This document shows, one piece after another, positions 33,792-43,832 of a DNA stretch of 64,000 bases (position 1 is its first letter; every line of letters starts with the position of its first letter). The position numbers and the translations under genes are program-made. The notes under the pieces were generated by a model. That model was given only the letters and a program-made list of their open reading frames with translations, searched no databases and was not told the DNA's origin. The DNA comes from an uncultured delta proteobacterium (lineage in GTDB: Bacteria; Desulfobacterota; BSN033; UBA1163): contig CAWHBU010000008.1 of assembly GCA_963827685.1 (NCBI GenBank), positions 1-64,000 of the forward strand, read 5' to 3'.

Positions 33792-34892
33792 TTATCCTCC
33801 CATAATTTCTTTTGTAAATTCGTGGAAATCCCAAAGTCGTTTATCTGCTAAAGTAAGCCTGTCAGTATACTTACGGTTGAAGATGCATGTGCTTTCGTCC
33901 CTTTCATTCTGATGTTTACATACTGACCAAAGGTTGTCGCAATCGCGTAGCAACTCCTCAATCTTTTTATTGATGTCTCTGGTAATAATTAACCCAGGGC
34001 ATTTTTGTTCCTTCAACTTCCGCATTAAGGAACTATTGTTAAGTTGAGAGTCATTGAAACCAAAACCAATAAAAAGAAACGCATTGTGCTTCTCTATAGC
34101 ATCATCATATTTTCCCAAAAGATCATTGCGGTTTTGATGAAGTCGTTTGTATTTTAATGTACCGGGTGTAATAATAATGCGTTCCACGCCATCAGGTACA
34201 TCGAACAACCAAGCATTGTTTTCAACGACTAAATTATCTATTTTGAAAGTGTTAAGAGAACCATGGACTTTATAGAGTCGAATATGCTTCCTGAATTTTG
34301 GAGCCTTCTTGAGCTTACTTGCTATTGGAATACTTTCAACAAAAGTAACCCCTCGCTCGCACTGTTGCCAATCAAGGTGGCGGCATATCCCACCCACAAA
34401 ACCCGTAATGTATGAAATACCAGCTTTCTCAAAAGCATATTCTGCCAGAAGGTCATAGTTTGGTGTAGCTACATGCAAGACAGGATCAGTTCCCTGAAGA
34501 CCATCAATAAGTTTCTTAAATAAGCCCGTAGCAGGCCATTCAACGATTCCGGTCATGATCTTGTGCGAATATTCCTTGTCGAGAGTTGAAACGAAATCGG
34601 CAGTAATTCTTATTATATGTTTAACAATTTGATCATCCCGAATCATATCCATGGCTGATTCAAGGTCTTTACCATTGCGTATGGCGCTTACTACTGCTTT
34701 CCACTGTTCTTCTTGGGGTTTTGAAAGACATATTTTAAGCATCTCGGAAAAGAGCTGATCCTGTAATCCGGGCATCCCATAGCGGGAATCCAAAGCACAT
34801 GATGTTCCCGTTCCGAAAAGAACCATTGGGGTTTCGCCAAAAAACTTTTGCAGTTCCTTGTAAGCTATATCTTTAGTAAGCGTAGGACTCAT
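33792..34892 (-). CDS. SIR2-like (SIR2_2) NADase effector
   Basis: GTGTS, ATPNYDLLAE, YKVHGSLN, IGFGFNDSQL; ends 2 bp before the herA start. Confidence 0.88.
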   Translation of the reverse strand: MSPTLTKDIAYKELQKFFGETPMVLFGTGTSCALDSRYGMPGLQDQLFSEMLKICLSKPQEEQWKAVVSAIRNGKDLESAMDMIRDDQIVKHIIRITADFVSTLDKEYSHKIMTGIVEWPATGLFKKLIDGLQGTDPVLHVATPNYDLLAEYAFEKAGISYITGFVGGICRHLDWQQCERGVTFVESIPIASKLKKAPKFRKHIRLYKVHGSLNTFKIDNLVVENNAWLFDVPDGVERIIITPGTLKYKRLHQNRNDLLGKYDDAIEKHNAFLFIGFGFNDSQLNNSSLMRKLKEQKCPGLIITRDINKKIEELLRDCDNLWSVCKHQNERDESTCIFNRKYTDRLTLADKRLWDFHEFTKEIMGG

Positions 34893-34966
34893 AAAGTTTT
34901 TTTCTGGAGCCTCCGTTCGTCTACCCTTCTGACAAACTCTGCCATAAGGTTAAATGAATGCAATAA

Positions 34967-35082
34967 GGCCACATCTTCAGATGCCATGAATTTGTCCGAT
35001 GTTTTTTGGTGTCTCCCCGTGTTCCGGCACTTCCTGGTTCAGAGAATACACCTCTCAGATTTCTATGTCAAACATAAGTTTT
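34967..35082 (-). promoter_or_regulatory. Repeat B copy 1 with promoter TTGACA-17-TATTCT (35071-35043), facing SIR2
   Basis: ~115-bp repeat also at 36535-36650 and 57133-57251. Confidence 0.8.
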
Positions 35083-35163
35083 CTTGTTTCCGAAGCTTGA
35101 AAGAAGGTTTTGAAAAGAGGCCCGAGCACCAGGTTGGGACGTGAGGCATATAGAAGTGTCTTC

Positions 35164-35268
35164 GGGGTCAGACTTAATTATTGAGATTTTTTCTTGCTCT
35201 CTTTAAATACAAGATAATCTTTCGTTCTGTTCCTAAATGTCAATATTTAGGTCTGAGCCCATGACCCC
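35164..35268. repeat. Repeat C copy 2
   Basis: Near-identical to 29066-29162, same tgtcttc left flank. Confidence 0.9.
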
Positions 35269-35286
35269 AGGCTTTTTCTCCCTTTT

Positions 35287-36481
35287 TCATAGCTCCCTCT
35301 TAATTGGAAATTGAATGGTATTCGTGGTCAAGTTTCTGTCCTTTTGCCCTCGCGTGCGGGCCCATCTTTCGGTAGCACGAACCAGAACGTACTTCCTTTG
35401 TCGACTTCGCTTTTCACCCCAATGGAGCCACCGTGGGCCTCCACGGCCAACTTGCAGAATGTGAGCCCGAGCCCGTCGAGAACTTCCGTTGGCTGGCGCG
35501 TGCCTCAACTTGTCCAAACTTCTCGAAAATCTTCTCCAAGTATTCCGCCGGGATCCCAGGGCCGTTGTCCCGCACCGTCACGCATATACGATCCTCATGC
35601 GGCTCGATACCCAACCGGATCCAACCATCGGAGGGGGTGAACTTCAGTGCGTTTCCCAGAAGGTTCTGGATCACACGGAGAAGGAGATCCCCATCGGCAA
35701 CCACGGTCACGGGTGCAGGCGGCGCATCCAGAACCATCTCCCGTCCTTCTTTGAGTGACTGCATGTCAGACATGAGGTCGGCGGCAATACGGACCAGATC
35801 ACACTCCGCAAGATGGAGTTTCATTTCCCCTGCCTCCATTTTGCTCACGTCCAGCACAGCGCTGACCATGCCAATCACTGCTGTTGTTGAGCGCTTCGCT
35901 GTCTGGAGATACTCGAGGCCATCTTCCGTGAGAGTTTCCTTTCCGAGCTCCAACGCCAAGTCCAGGAAACCGGAGATCCCGGTCAGCGGACTACGAAGGT
36001 CATGCACGATCATATGCACCAGGTTGTCCCGCAGCTCTTCAAGCCTGCGCATCCGCTCGTAGTTCTCTCTCAATTTGCGCCGCTGACGCTGGAGTTCCAG
36101 ATGGGTACTGACCCGGGCGGCCACCTCTTCAAACTGGAACGGCTTGGTCACGTAGTCCACGCCGCCAACGCCGAAGGCCCTGACCTTGTCCATCGTCTCG
36201 TTCAGAGCGCTGATGAAAATGACCGGGATCTCTCTCAGTTTTTCGTCAGCCTTCAGCCGCTCGCACACCTCATAGCCATCCATTTCCGGCATCATGATAT
36301 CGAGAAGGATAAGGTCGGGCGGGTCGTTTTTCGCCGCCTGCAGGGCGAGTTTTCCGCTTGGCACCGGCCGGACCTTATATCCCCGTTCCTTAAGCATCCC
36401 GGTCAGCAATTGGAGATTCGCCGGTGTGTCATCGACGACGATGATATTCGGTACGTCCTCACGACTCGTTCGTCGTTCCAT
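35287..36481 (-). CDS. Hybrid REC-histidine kinase (frameshift at ~35470)
   Basis: REC nearly identical to that of 21129-22613; [14 protein letters not shown]; likely true C-terminus in ORF 35287-35517. Confidence 0.85.
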
Positions 36482-36534
36482 TAGTCGTCCCTCCAGTTGG
36501 TAGTAGGTCGAGCAGTTTCTGGCGGGAGGAACAC

Positions 36535-36650
36535 GGTCACATCTTCAGATGTCATCAATTTGTCTTATTATTTTTTGTGTCTCTCCGTATGCGGGCACTT
36601 CCTGGTTCAGAGAATACACCTCTCAAATTTCTATGTCAAACATAAGTTTC
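36535..36650 (-). promoter_or_regulatory. Repeat B copy 2 with promoter (36639-36611)
   Basis: TTGACA-17-TATTCT on the minus strand. Confidence 0.8.
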
Positions 36651-36736
36651 AATTTTTCCAAAGAAAGTTTGGAGATGAATCTACGTCAAGATCTGTCGAT
36701 TTTGGATTAGAAGAGAGTGAATCTCTTGGGGACATC

Positions 36737-36784
36737 TCTTGGGGACGGTTCTTATATTCTGATTCAATAACAATTAGATACAAA
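36737..36784. repeat. Repeat I (GGGGACGGTTCTT type), uninterrupted copy
   Basis: Same sequence at 49364-49517, where it is split by an insertion. Confidence 0.85.
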
Positions 36785-36861
36785 CTATTTTATTGGTCTC
36801 TCCATTTTTGTCCTATGTCAAGGGCAGATCTTGTGTTCTTATTTTTGGCGTTTCCTGCATC

Positions 36862-37335
36862 TCAGAAGGTCCAGTGCTCCCGTCGCATCAGCCCCAGCAA
36901 GTTTATGCATGGGATGCCGAGATCACGGCATACGTCGGGTATGTAGTGAGTTCTCTTGGCGCTCTTCTTCTCTGCAGCCGAGGTTTCCTGCGACACAACT
37001 GTGCCGCCTTTCACCTTGGCAAGCGCTATAACGTAAGCATCGGCTGACTGATGAAGGCTCTTGGGATCCATCAAATCCGGATATTTGGATTCGATGTTTG
37101 CTGCTTCCGTCTGTACCAGGGGATCAAGCGTCACAAAAAGAGCCGGATTCTTTTTCGCCCACGCCCGCAATTCGGGGGTTCCCACAGCGTCGATTTCTTC
37201 TTTCACAAGCTCAACGGCAGAGCATTGACCAGCGACAACCAGTCCCTCGATTTTTGCTACCAGTGAGATAAAAACATCAGGCGGATAAAACCGTGCCTGC
37301 CAATCCATAAACACACTGGTATCGAAAGAGTACAT
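36862..37335 (-). CDS. DUF4411 family (PIN-like) protein
   Basis: YSFDTS, ADAYVIALA, VVSQE, IPDVC motifs; alternative TTG start at 37362. Confidence 0.85.
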   Translation of the reverse strand: MYSFDTSVFMDWQARFYPPDVFISLVAKIEGLVVAGQCSAVELVKEEIDAVGTPELRAWAKKNPALFVTLDPLVQTEAANIESKYPDLMDPKSLHQSADAYVIALAKVKGGTVVSQETSAAEKKSAKRTHYIPDVCRDLGIPCINLLGLMRREHWTF

Positions 37336-37345
37336 TCTTTTTCCG

Positions 37346-38551
37346 TTATTCTCCGTCGTCAAAGGCGCCCGCAGGTCCCATAGGCTCCATGCGGAGTTCA
37401 TTCCGTAGCTTGTCGAAGTGATCGAACCGCAAATCAAGATATCGGCTCGCCTGGACTGCCGTGATTCGATTCATATCCAACGCTTCCAGTACCAACTGAA
37501 CAAAGGACCGGCCGCTTCTTCCGAGCGTCTTGCCTACAGGGGACGCAAAGCCCTTCCGTTTCGGGAGTGTGCCGACGTATTGGTTCCATTCTAATTTCCA
37601 CCGGTTGTAACCTTCCCACGACAGCGCACCGGCGGTCCGCAACCGTGTTGCCATCGCCAACGGTGTTATATTGAATTTGCCGGCGAGCGATCGCATCGAG
37701 GAAATATCCCATGCATCAGGTGAAACATCCATTCTCTGCAAAATTGAGGAAAGCATTTCCTGAGGAATGAGTGCGGCACTGGCGGCCTCCTCGGCGAATC
37801 GTTCGACTTCCAGCCAGCCGGCATCATCGCGGGTCTCACCGAGGGCAGCGCGTTCCTCATTGCCAACCGCAAGCGCAAGGTGAGTAAGCTCATGCAATAA
37901 AGTAAAACTCCGTGCGCCGGGAGACGACTCTTTGCTGTTAATACCTATCGCAGGCAATGGGAACTTAAACAACGTGACTCCCCGTGCCTGGGCAAGGCTC
38001 ACTCTAGGAAACTGAAACACCAGCACGCCTGCTGTTTCGACGGCCTCTCGCCAGCGGCGCCATGCCTGCCAATCGGACGTCCATCCGAGCTGTTCATCCC
38101 CGGTAATGCCAAGAGCTTCGCGCAGTCGTGCGCCAACGCCTGCTGTGCTTTCGGACAGATGAGCGTTAAAGTTGAAGTCCTCCACGCGCGCACCCAGTTC
38201 TTCACTCAACTCCAGTGCCACTTCCCGTCGCTGCGACATGACCCTCAGGGCAAGCCGGAATTCCGGCGATTCAACGCCCGGCCGGACACCCGGCAACCGA
38301 CGGTACTCTGCCGCAAGGGGGGGCAGAGTCGGAGGTTCAGGGAGGAAGAAAACGCCGAACGGCCGGCGGTAGAACTTGGCAAGATCTTGGGCTTGCCGCA
38401 CTGTGGGCTTTAAATCACCACGCTCCCAGGCAAGCAGGCGTTCCAGCTTTACATTCAGCCGCTTGGCCACCGGCTCCGGCGGATACCCGCTCTCTTGCCG
38501 CGCCCAGGTGAGCACAGTTGGATTGACGAGTGCTTGTGTAGAAGTTCTCAT
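37346..38551 (-). CDS. XRE-HTH + ImmA/IrrE metallopeptidase
   Basis: N-terminal HTH (WARQESG...WERG) and FTLLHELTH HExxH motif. Confidence 0.88.
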   Translation of the reverse strand: MRTSTQALVNPTVLTWARQESGYPPEPVAKRLNVKLERLLAWERGDLKPTVRQAQDLAKFYRRPFGVFFLPEPPTLPPLAAEYRRLPGVRPGVESPEFRLALRVMSQRREVALELSEELGARVEDFNFNAHLSESTAGVGARLREALGITGDEQLGWTSDWQAWRRWREAVETAGVLVFQFPRVSLAQARGVTLFKFPLPAIGINSKESSPGARSFTLLHELTHLALAVGNEERAALGETRDDAGWLEVERFAEEAASAALIPQEMLSSILQRMDVSPDAWDISSMRSLAGKFNITPLAMATRLRTAGALSWEGYNRWKLEWNQYVGTLPKRKGFASPVGKTLGRSGRSFVQLVLEALDMNRITAVQASRYLDLRFDHFDKLRNELRMEPMGPAGAFDDGE

Positions 38552-38608
38552 ATTTAAATTATACCCAATCTTCAGTGCTATCGGCAATCCAAGAAAGAAT
38601 CAGGATTT

Positions 38609-38686
38609 GGGATCAGATCTTCACGGGTTGTTGATTGGAATATATCTATTTTATGAAAATTGGTCAACCGAAACTTTTGGAAAGAA
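38609..38686 (-). promoter_or_regulatory. Repeat A copy 1 (partial) with promoter TTGACC-17-TATATT (38667-38639)
   Basis: Conserved core gattggaatatatctattttatgaaaattggtcaaccgaaact. Confidence 0.8.
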
Positions 38687-38730
38687 GTCCTCCTTGTAGG
38701 ACCATCTCCAAGCTATTTTACCCGCACTTC

Positions 38731-39213
38731 TCATAGGTTTCCGGTAGTGTTTTGCCTCGACTTGCTGTCTTTAATCCTTTGAGTAAAATCCTTCAAGGTT
38801 TGATTCATTGGTTCCCCAAGAATATAGCGTACCTCAACTTTGTCTTTTTCAATAAGTATCTTACCAGCACGACCTTTTACGATAGTATTTCTCTCGTCTA
38901 TCAAAAAAATGCACCGTTCGTTAAGCACGAAACGGGCCTCAAAATTCGAGCGTGGATAGTAGGTTATATCAATTTGTTTGCCTTCGTAGTTTCCCACTAT
39001 AATCTGCTCAATCTCGATTGTCGCAACTGCCATCTTATGAAAAATGGGGTCCTCGATTCTGAGCACTTTTCCGATAACTACTATTTTAGATTCCTTAATC
39101 ATTTCGTCCAATGGGATTTCATGCAACTTCGCTTTCCTGTGTGGAGGACCCGGGAGAAAAGCGGCCAACAAAGTGAGAAAATGGTCGAGAAAATCGAGAA
39201 AATCGCCGGGCAT
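38731..39213 (-). CDS. Hypothetical protein
   Basis: 160-aa ORF between two repeat A copies; N-terminus uncertain. Confidence 0.6.
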   Translation of the reverse strand: MPGDFLDFLDHFLTLLAAFLPGPPHRKAKLHEIPLDEMIKESKIVVIGKVLRIEDPIFHKMAVATIEIEQIIVGNYEGKQIDITYYPRSNFEARFVLNERCIFLIDERNTIVKGRAGKILIEKDKVEVRYILGEPMNQTLKDFTQRIKDSKSRQNTTGNL

Positions 39214-39299
39214 TCGAATAAAACCCCTTTTCAGGAAAAATTCATTTAATCCAAGTCTGCGGGGATTCTTAATACCTGATGCAAACTATACGTGGTTCC

Positions 39300-39465
39300 G
39301 GGGTCGGATCTTTATCCTTATTGCCTATATTTCACGAAAGTTTTCTTCTGACCCCAGGCTTTTTTCCTAAAAACGAAAAAATATCTGCACCGCCACCCTG
39401 GGGTTTAATGATTGGAATATATCTATTTTGTGAAAATTGGTCAACCGAAACTTTCAGAAAGAAAG
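39300..39465 (-). repeat. Repeat A copy 2 (GGGGTC...GACCCC unit + promoter core 39444-39416)
   Basis: Aligns with copies at 40679, 46175/47785 and 51632. Confidence 0.9.
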
Positions 39466-39595
39466 CAAGGAAAAACTGGTTGCCAATTTCCACGAACAAA
39501 TCATCTTGAGCTTTTTCTGGACTAACGGTATATAGAGTTAAGCATCATCTAAGAAATCAACGAAGAGTTGAAGTGACCGAGTCGAAGGAGAGAAT

Positions 39596-40330
39596 ATGGA
39601 CTCCCTTATGGATCCTTTTGCAATGGCTGAAAGATTAAGGAAGATCGTTAGCTTTGGGGAAAAAAGGAAATATTACCGATTTCGCCCTGCTCCGTTTTAT
39701 GGAGGGATTGCCACTGCTGATTGTGTGGGATGTTGTCTGAAATGTCTTTTTTGCTGGTCCTGGAATATCATCGTTCAACCAGAAAAGGCCGGGCGATTCT
39801 ATTCCCCTCAGGAAGTGGCCAGAAACCTCCTCTCCATCGTTAAAAAGAAAGGATTTCGCCAGGTCAGAATCAGCGGGAACGAACCTACCCTTCATCGTTC
39901 TCACCTCTTACAGGTTCTTCAGGTCATCCCTAAAGAAATCCATTTCATCCTGGAAACCAATGGCATTTTAATTGGCGATGACCCTTCTTATGCAAAAGAC
40001 CTCTCCCGTTTTCCTAATCTTTATGTCCGGGTGAGCTTGAAGGGTGCCTGTCCCGAAGAGTTCTCACGTCTCACCGGTACAAGGTCTGAAGGATTCGCCT
40101 TGCAATTAAAAGCACTGGAGAACCTTTTAGGGGAAGGAGTGGACTGTTTCCCAGCGGTCATGGCCAATTTTTCCTCGCCGGGGGAAATTGAGCAATTGAG
40201 ACAAATATTGAAAGAGATCCGGTCAGATTTTGCTGACTTTGAAGAAGAGGAACTGATCCTCTATCCTTTTGTTGTGGACCATCTCCAGAGGGCCGGGCTA
40301 AAATGGACCGGAGGTTGCACTCCCAATTAG
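39596..40330 (+). CDS. Radical SAM protein
   Basis: ADCVGCCLKCLFCW, ISGNEPT, LETNG. Confidence 0.88.
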   Translation: MDSLMDPFAMAERLRKIVSFGEKRKYYRFRPAPFYGGIATADCVGCCLKCLFCWSWNIIVQPEKAGRFYSPQEVARNLLSIVKKKGFRQVRISGNEPTLHRSHLLQVLQVIPKEIHFILETNGILIGDDPSYAKDLSRFPNLYVRVSLKGACPEEFSRLTGTRSEGFALQLKALENLLGEGVDCFPAVMANFSSPGEIEQLRQILKEIRSDFADFEEEELILYPFVVDHLQRAGLKWTGGCTPN

Positions 40331-40333
40331 ATT

Positions 40334-40646
40334 ATGGAAAAAGAAGCGTATCTATACCATGAACTCGACCAAGGAAAGGTCTTGTGCCTCACCTGTCAGA
40401 GAAAATGTATTATTCCCGAAGGCCAAAAGGGTTGGTGTCAAACAAGAGAGAACAAAGGCGGAAAACTATTTAGCCTGATCTATGGAGAGGTCTCTATACT
40501 CTCCATAAACCCTATCGAAAAGAAACCTGTCTTTCACTTTTACCCCGGATCCAGCTGGCTTTCCCTGGGAAGCCTGGGATGCAATTTCCGCTGTCCCGGA
40601 TGTCAGAATTGGGATATCGCCCACTGGAAGGACAGATGGGAGACCC
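40334..40646 (+). pseudogene. amrS: AmmeMemoRadiSam-system radical SAM enzyme, 3'-truncated at a GGGGTCAGGTCTTG motif
   Basis: CLTCQRKC, PIEKKPVFHFYPG, GCNFRCPGCQNWDI, then abrupt end. Confidence 0.8.
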
Positions 40647-40678
40647 GGGGTCAGGTCTTGCAATAATACAATGGCTCT

Positions 40679-40933
40679 GGGGGCGAATCTTTATTCTTGA
40701 TTTTATCTATATTTCACGAAAGTTTCCCTCTGGCACCAGGTTTTTTCCCCTGAAATTGAAGAAATATCTGCACCGCCACCCTGTGGATTCCTGATTGGAA
40801 TATATCTATTTTATGAAAATTGGTCAACCGAAACTTTCAGATCGAAAGAGTCAAAGAAGTGGGATACTTGTAACATCTACAACGAGTGAAGATATGCTCT
40901 CTGTATGATCTGAAGATTTACGATTGAAATCGA
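40679..40933 (-). repeat. Repeat A copy 3 with D-type tail
   Basis: Same unit and promoter core; tail abuts the R' box of an interrupted attC. Confidence 0.88.
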
Positions 40934-40940
40934 GTATAAC

Positions 40941-42743
40941 GAGCCTGTAGAAAAAGTCACTTTTTTAAAAACTGCTTCTTCTGCTGGATCAAAAATAGGA
41001 AATTATTTTCTGTCATCAAAAGTTTTTCCGATTCTTGGCGAAATGTTCGTCTTTTCATGATATTTTTCTTACCCCAATACCCTATCACCCAATCCGGCTC
41101 CTTCACGCAAGCTCCAGACCGTATCGATGCACTTTAAATAGATTGTGCACCGCACAGTAGAGTAACCACTGGGTGTTCACTTTTCGTTTCCCTCGAAGGG
41201 TAAATCGGTTCAACCCTAAGGTAGAGCAGATATTCCCAAATACAGGTTCTGCCGTTCCGAGTCTCCTGTCGTAGATGAGTCTGCCTTTTATCGAATCGAT
41301 CTTGCGCTTCATCTTCTGGGTAAACGTCTCCGGCTTCGACTCCGCACTCCCCTGAAAGAAGTACACCTGTCTTGCCTCCGTTCTGTCCGGATGTCTCAGG
41401 CATCTCTCCCGTAGTCCGCAGATCCGACAGTCGGTCTTTCTCCCATGAAACTTGATGGCCCGCTGACCGTTGACCACCACATTCCCCCCATTGCGATACA
41501 GGCGCTTACCCCCAGGACAGATGCAATGAGTCTTGTCTTCGCTGATCGTAAAATCCCTGTGTGGCCTGTATAAGTCGGCCACTCCGTAGTACTCAGCCCT
41601 CTCCTTTCTGAATTGCTCTTTGTATTTGTCAACGTCCGAAAACCGCGGGTCCCGCTTCCGAAACTGCGTGTCTGCAATATAGGCATCGATCCCTTGCCCC
41701 ATGACCTCCTTCATATTCGCCTCGGTATGAAACCCACTGTCCGCTGTGAGCTTTGCTTTCTCGAAGATATCCTGTTTAATGCCGACGGCCTCGAAGTTCT
41801 CCCTCGTCCCCTCGAGCATAGGAAGAAGAAGATCATGTTCCTGCGCTGCTCCAAATGCCTCCGCATGTACAACCACCTGGTGCTTTCCGTCTACCACCGC
41901 TACCCCATCGTAACCCTGGATCACCCCGTGCGAGGTCTTCATCTTGGCGCTCTCATTGTCCGTGATGTTGCTCTTCACGGGCTTACCGCTCTTGCCAGGT
42001 TTGTCCTCGTTTTCTCGTAGCCATGCCTTTATCTTCTTTACCTTCCCCCGAAGGGTCTCCACATACTGCTCTTCTTGCTCCATCACTCCCCGGTCCGCCT
42101 CGGTAACATCCACCTCCCGATGCCGCTTGACAATCTGCCTGATCACCTTCTCCATCTTCTCTCTTTTCTTCTCCAGTTCTTTCTTCGTCCCGCTCCATTC
42201 TTTCGAGGCGTTTGAAGGCAGCTTGCAGCCATCCACTGCAAACATCTCTTTCCCGATCAGCCCCATCTCATCGCAGATCAACAGTATCTCTAGAAACAGA
42301 TGGATGATCTCCTGGCCCGAGGTCGAAATGAAGTCTGAGATCGTTGTAAAATGCGGCTGCGTATCTGCCGACAGTGCCATGAAGATAACATTCTCTTGAC
42401 AACACTGCGCTATCTTTCGGCTCGAGGTGATTCCTCGTGAGTAGGCATACAGGATAATCTTTAATAGGATGGTGGGATCGTAGGCCGGCGCTCCCATCTC
42501 GTCGTTTCGGTACCGGCAATCAAAAATCGACAGGTCTATCTCGTTGTCAATGAGGTAATGAAGGCTATACTCAAACGTCCCGGGTAAGATCTGTCGGTCA
42601 AAGTGGATCGGTATGAACTTTCCCTGTGAATAATCAAACTCTTTGTATCTCGCCATCCAGTCCCTCCTAAGCGGTCTCCGCTCTCTTTGCCGCTACTGAT
42701 ATGGCGATTTTATCATGCTTTTAAGACTTTTTTCTACAGGCTC
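40941..42743 (-). mobile_element. IS1182-family insertion sequence
   Basis: Terminal IRs GAGCCTGTAGAAAAA(A)GTC; 3-bp target duplication AAC. Confidence 0.9.
41103..42656 (-). CDS. IS1182-family DDE transposase
   Basis: GAPAYDP..LLKIILYAY, SSRKI, AVDGCK, ADSGF, AEPVFG. Confidence 0.92.
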   Translation of the reverse strand: MARYKEFDYSQGKFIPIHFDRQILPGTFEYSLHYLIDNEIDLSIFDCRYRNDEMGAPAYDPTILLKIILYAYSRGITSSRKIAQCCQENVIFMALSADTQPHFTTISDFISTSGQEIIHLFLEILLICDEMGLIGKEMFAVDGCKLPSNASKEWSGTKKELEKKREKMEKVIRQIVKRHREVDVTEADRGVMEQEEQYVETLRGKVKKIKAWLRENEDKPGKSGKPVKSNITDNESAKMKTSHGVIQGYDGVAVVDGKHQVVVHAEAFGAAQEHDLLLPMLEGTRENFEAVGIKQDIFEKAKLTADSGFHTEANMKEVMGQGIDAYIADTQFRKRDPRFSDVDKYKEQFRKERAEYYGVADLYRPHRDFTISEDKTHCICPGGKRLYRNGGNVVVNGQRAIKFHGRKTDCRICGLRERCLRHPDRTEARQVYFFQGSAESKPETFTQKMKRKIDSIKGRLIYDRRLGTAEPVFGNICSTLGLNRFTLRGKRKVNTQWLLYCAVHNLFKVHRYGLELA

Positions 42744-42793
42744 AACGATCGAAATCAGCGGTGGCTGGAAGCCATCCGCTGGAGTTGTTAGCC
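42744..42793 (-). other. attC-like site interrupted by IS1182 (remainder at 40934-40940)
   Basis: Reconstructed minus strand GGCTAAC-AACTCCAGCGGATGGCTTCCAGCCACCGCTGATTTCGATC-GTTATAC. Confidence 0.65.
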
Positions 42794-42889
42794 AAACCTA
42801 CGGTTGATATACGGGTACAAATCGCTTGAATTCTGGCATCCAGACCATAAGCGGAGTAGGCGCTTCAGGCTCATCGAAAATTGCAATTA

Positions 42890-43600
42890 TTACTGCTTTG
42901 CCTGTTGATATATTTGGTTCATGTTCTGCACGTACTCCTCTAATGGCATAAGCGGACGACTGATAGCTGCCATGATCTGACTAGACATCTTACCTTCCCG
43001 AACCAACTGATGGCCAGCCTCCCTTGCTGCCTCGAATATATCATTGACCGGAGCGCCTCTGGACTTCATTATCTTCAAGGCTGAGCTATGAGGTCGCAGC
43101 AATGCTCCAGCAAATTCTCGATTCATATTCCTGCATCTTGCTTTCACGTGAGCAAGCATTGGATCAAAGTTGTCCATCTCCCAATAGCCGCAACTGGATA
43201 CCAACACTACCTTACCTGTGTCGCTATCTTTCCTTCGACGTTTGTAGCAATGACCATTGCGCAGCTCGAATAAAGGATTCGCCAGAGGAACTGTTCGTTC
43301 CCAAAGGCATTTCAAAGAACCAGCTATACCATCCACATACACCGGTGTCGCAAATACTTGGATGTCTGCCTCAACAAGCTTGGGAAGTAACATCTCCATG
43401 TCGTCTTTCTGAAAGCATTTGCCAGGTGTCTTGATCTGACAGTTGAACTCGCCTTGGCATGGCTTAATGTTGAGCTGCTTGGTGTAATAAAGTTCGACTT
43501 CAGCTCCAGCCTCTCTCATCCCATCCAAGAAAGGGATTAAGATAGTAGCCGTGTTACCCTTGTCCATCATAGGGCTTGCGTTGATTGCAATTGCTTTCAT
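42890..43600 (-). CDS. Flavodoxin-family (iron-sulfur flavoprotein-like) protein
   Basis: INASP..GNT, PCQGEFNC..CFQKDDM, ATPVY. Confidence 0.88.
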   Translation of the reverse strand: MKAIAINASPMMDKGNTATILIPFLDGMREAGAEVELYYTKQLNIKPCQGEFNCQIKTPGKCFQKDDMEMLLPKLVEADIQVFATPVYVDGIAGSLKCLWERTVPLANPLFELRNGHCYKRRRKDSDTGKVVLVSSCGYWEMDNFDPMLAHVKARCRNMNREFAGALLRPHSSALKIMKSRGAPVNDIFEAAREAGHQLVREGKMSSQIMAAISRPLMPLEEYVQNMNQIYQQAKQ

Positions 43601-43832
43601 CTTCGATTACTCCTTTCTGTGCGAATCTAACAATTGACCAAGTCCACACTCGGACGATGGCCACATGATTAAACTTTCACGATATTTCACATAATCCCAA
43701 ATCTCCTGCCTATGTTTCTCCATTTCACGAAAGCCTTTCTCTAAGCTACACAAATCTACAATTAGATTGCCAACCCTCTTCCATCTCCCCCCAGGTCCAT
43801 CGATGCAATCGTCATCCATTTTGCCCTTCATG

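Noticed and set aside
34848-35144. Plus-strand ORFs sharing HFLVQRIHLSDFYVKH (also 36497-36946, 57166-57408)
   Set aside because: Read-through of repeat B; conservation is confined to the repeat and fits an opposite-strand promoter
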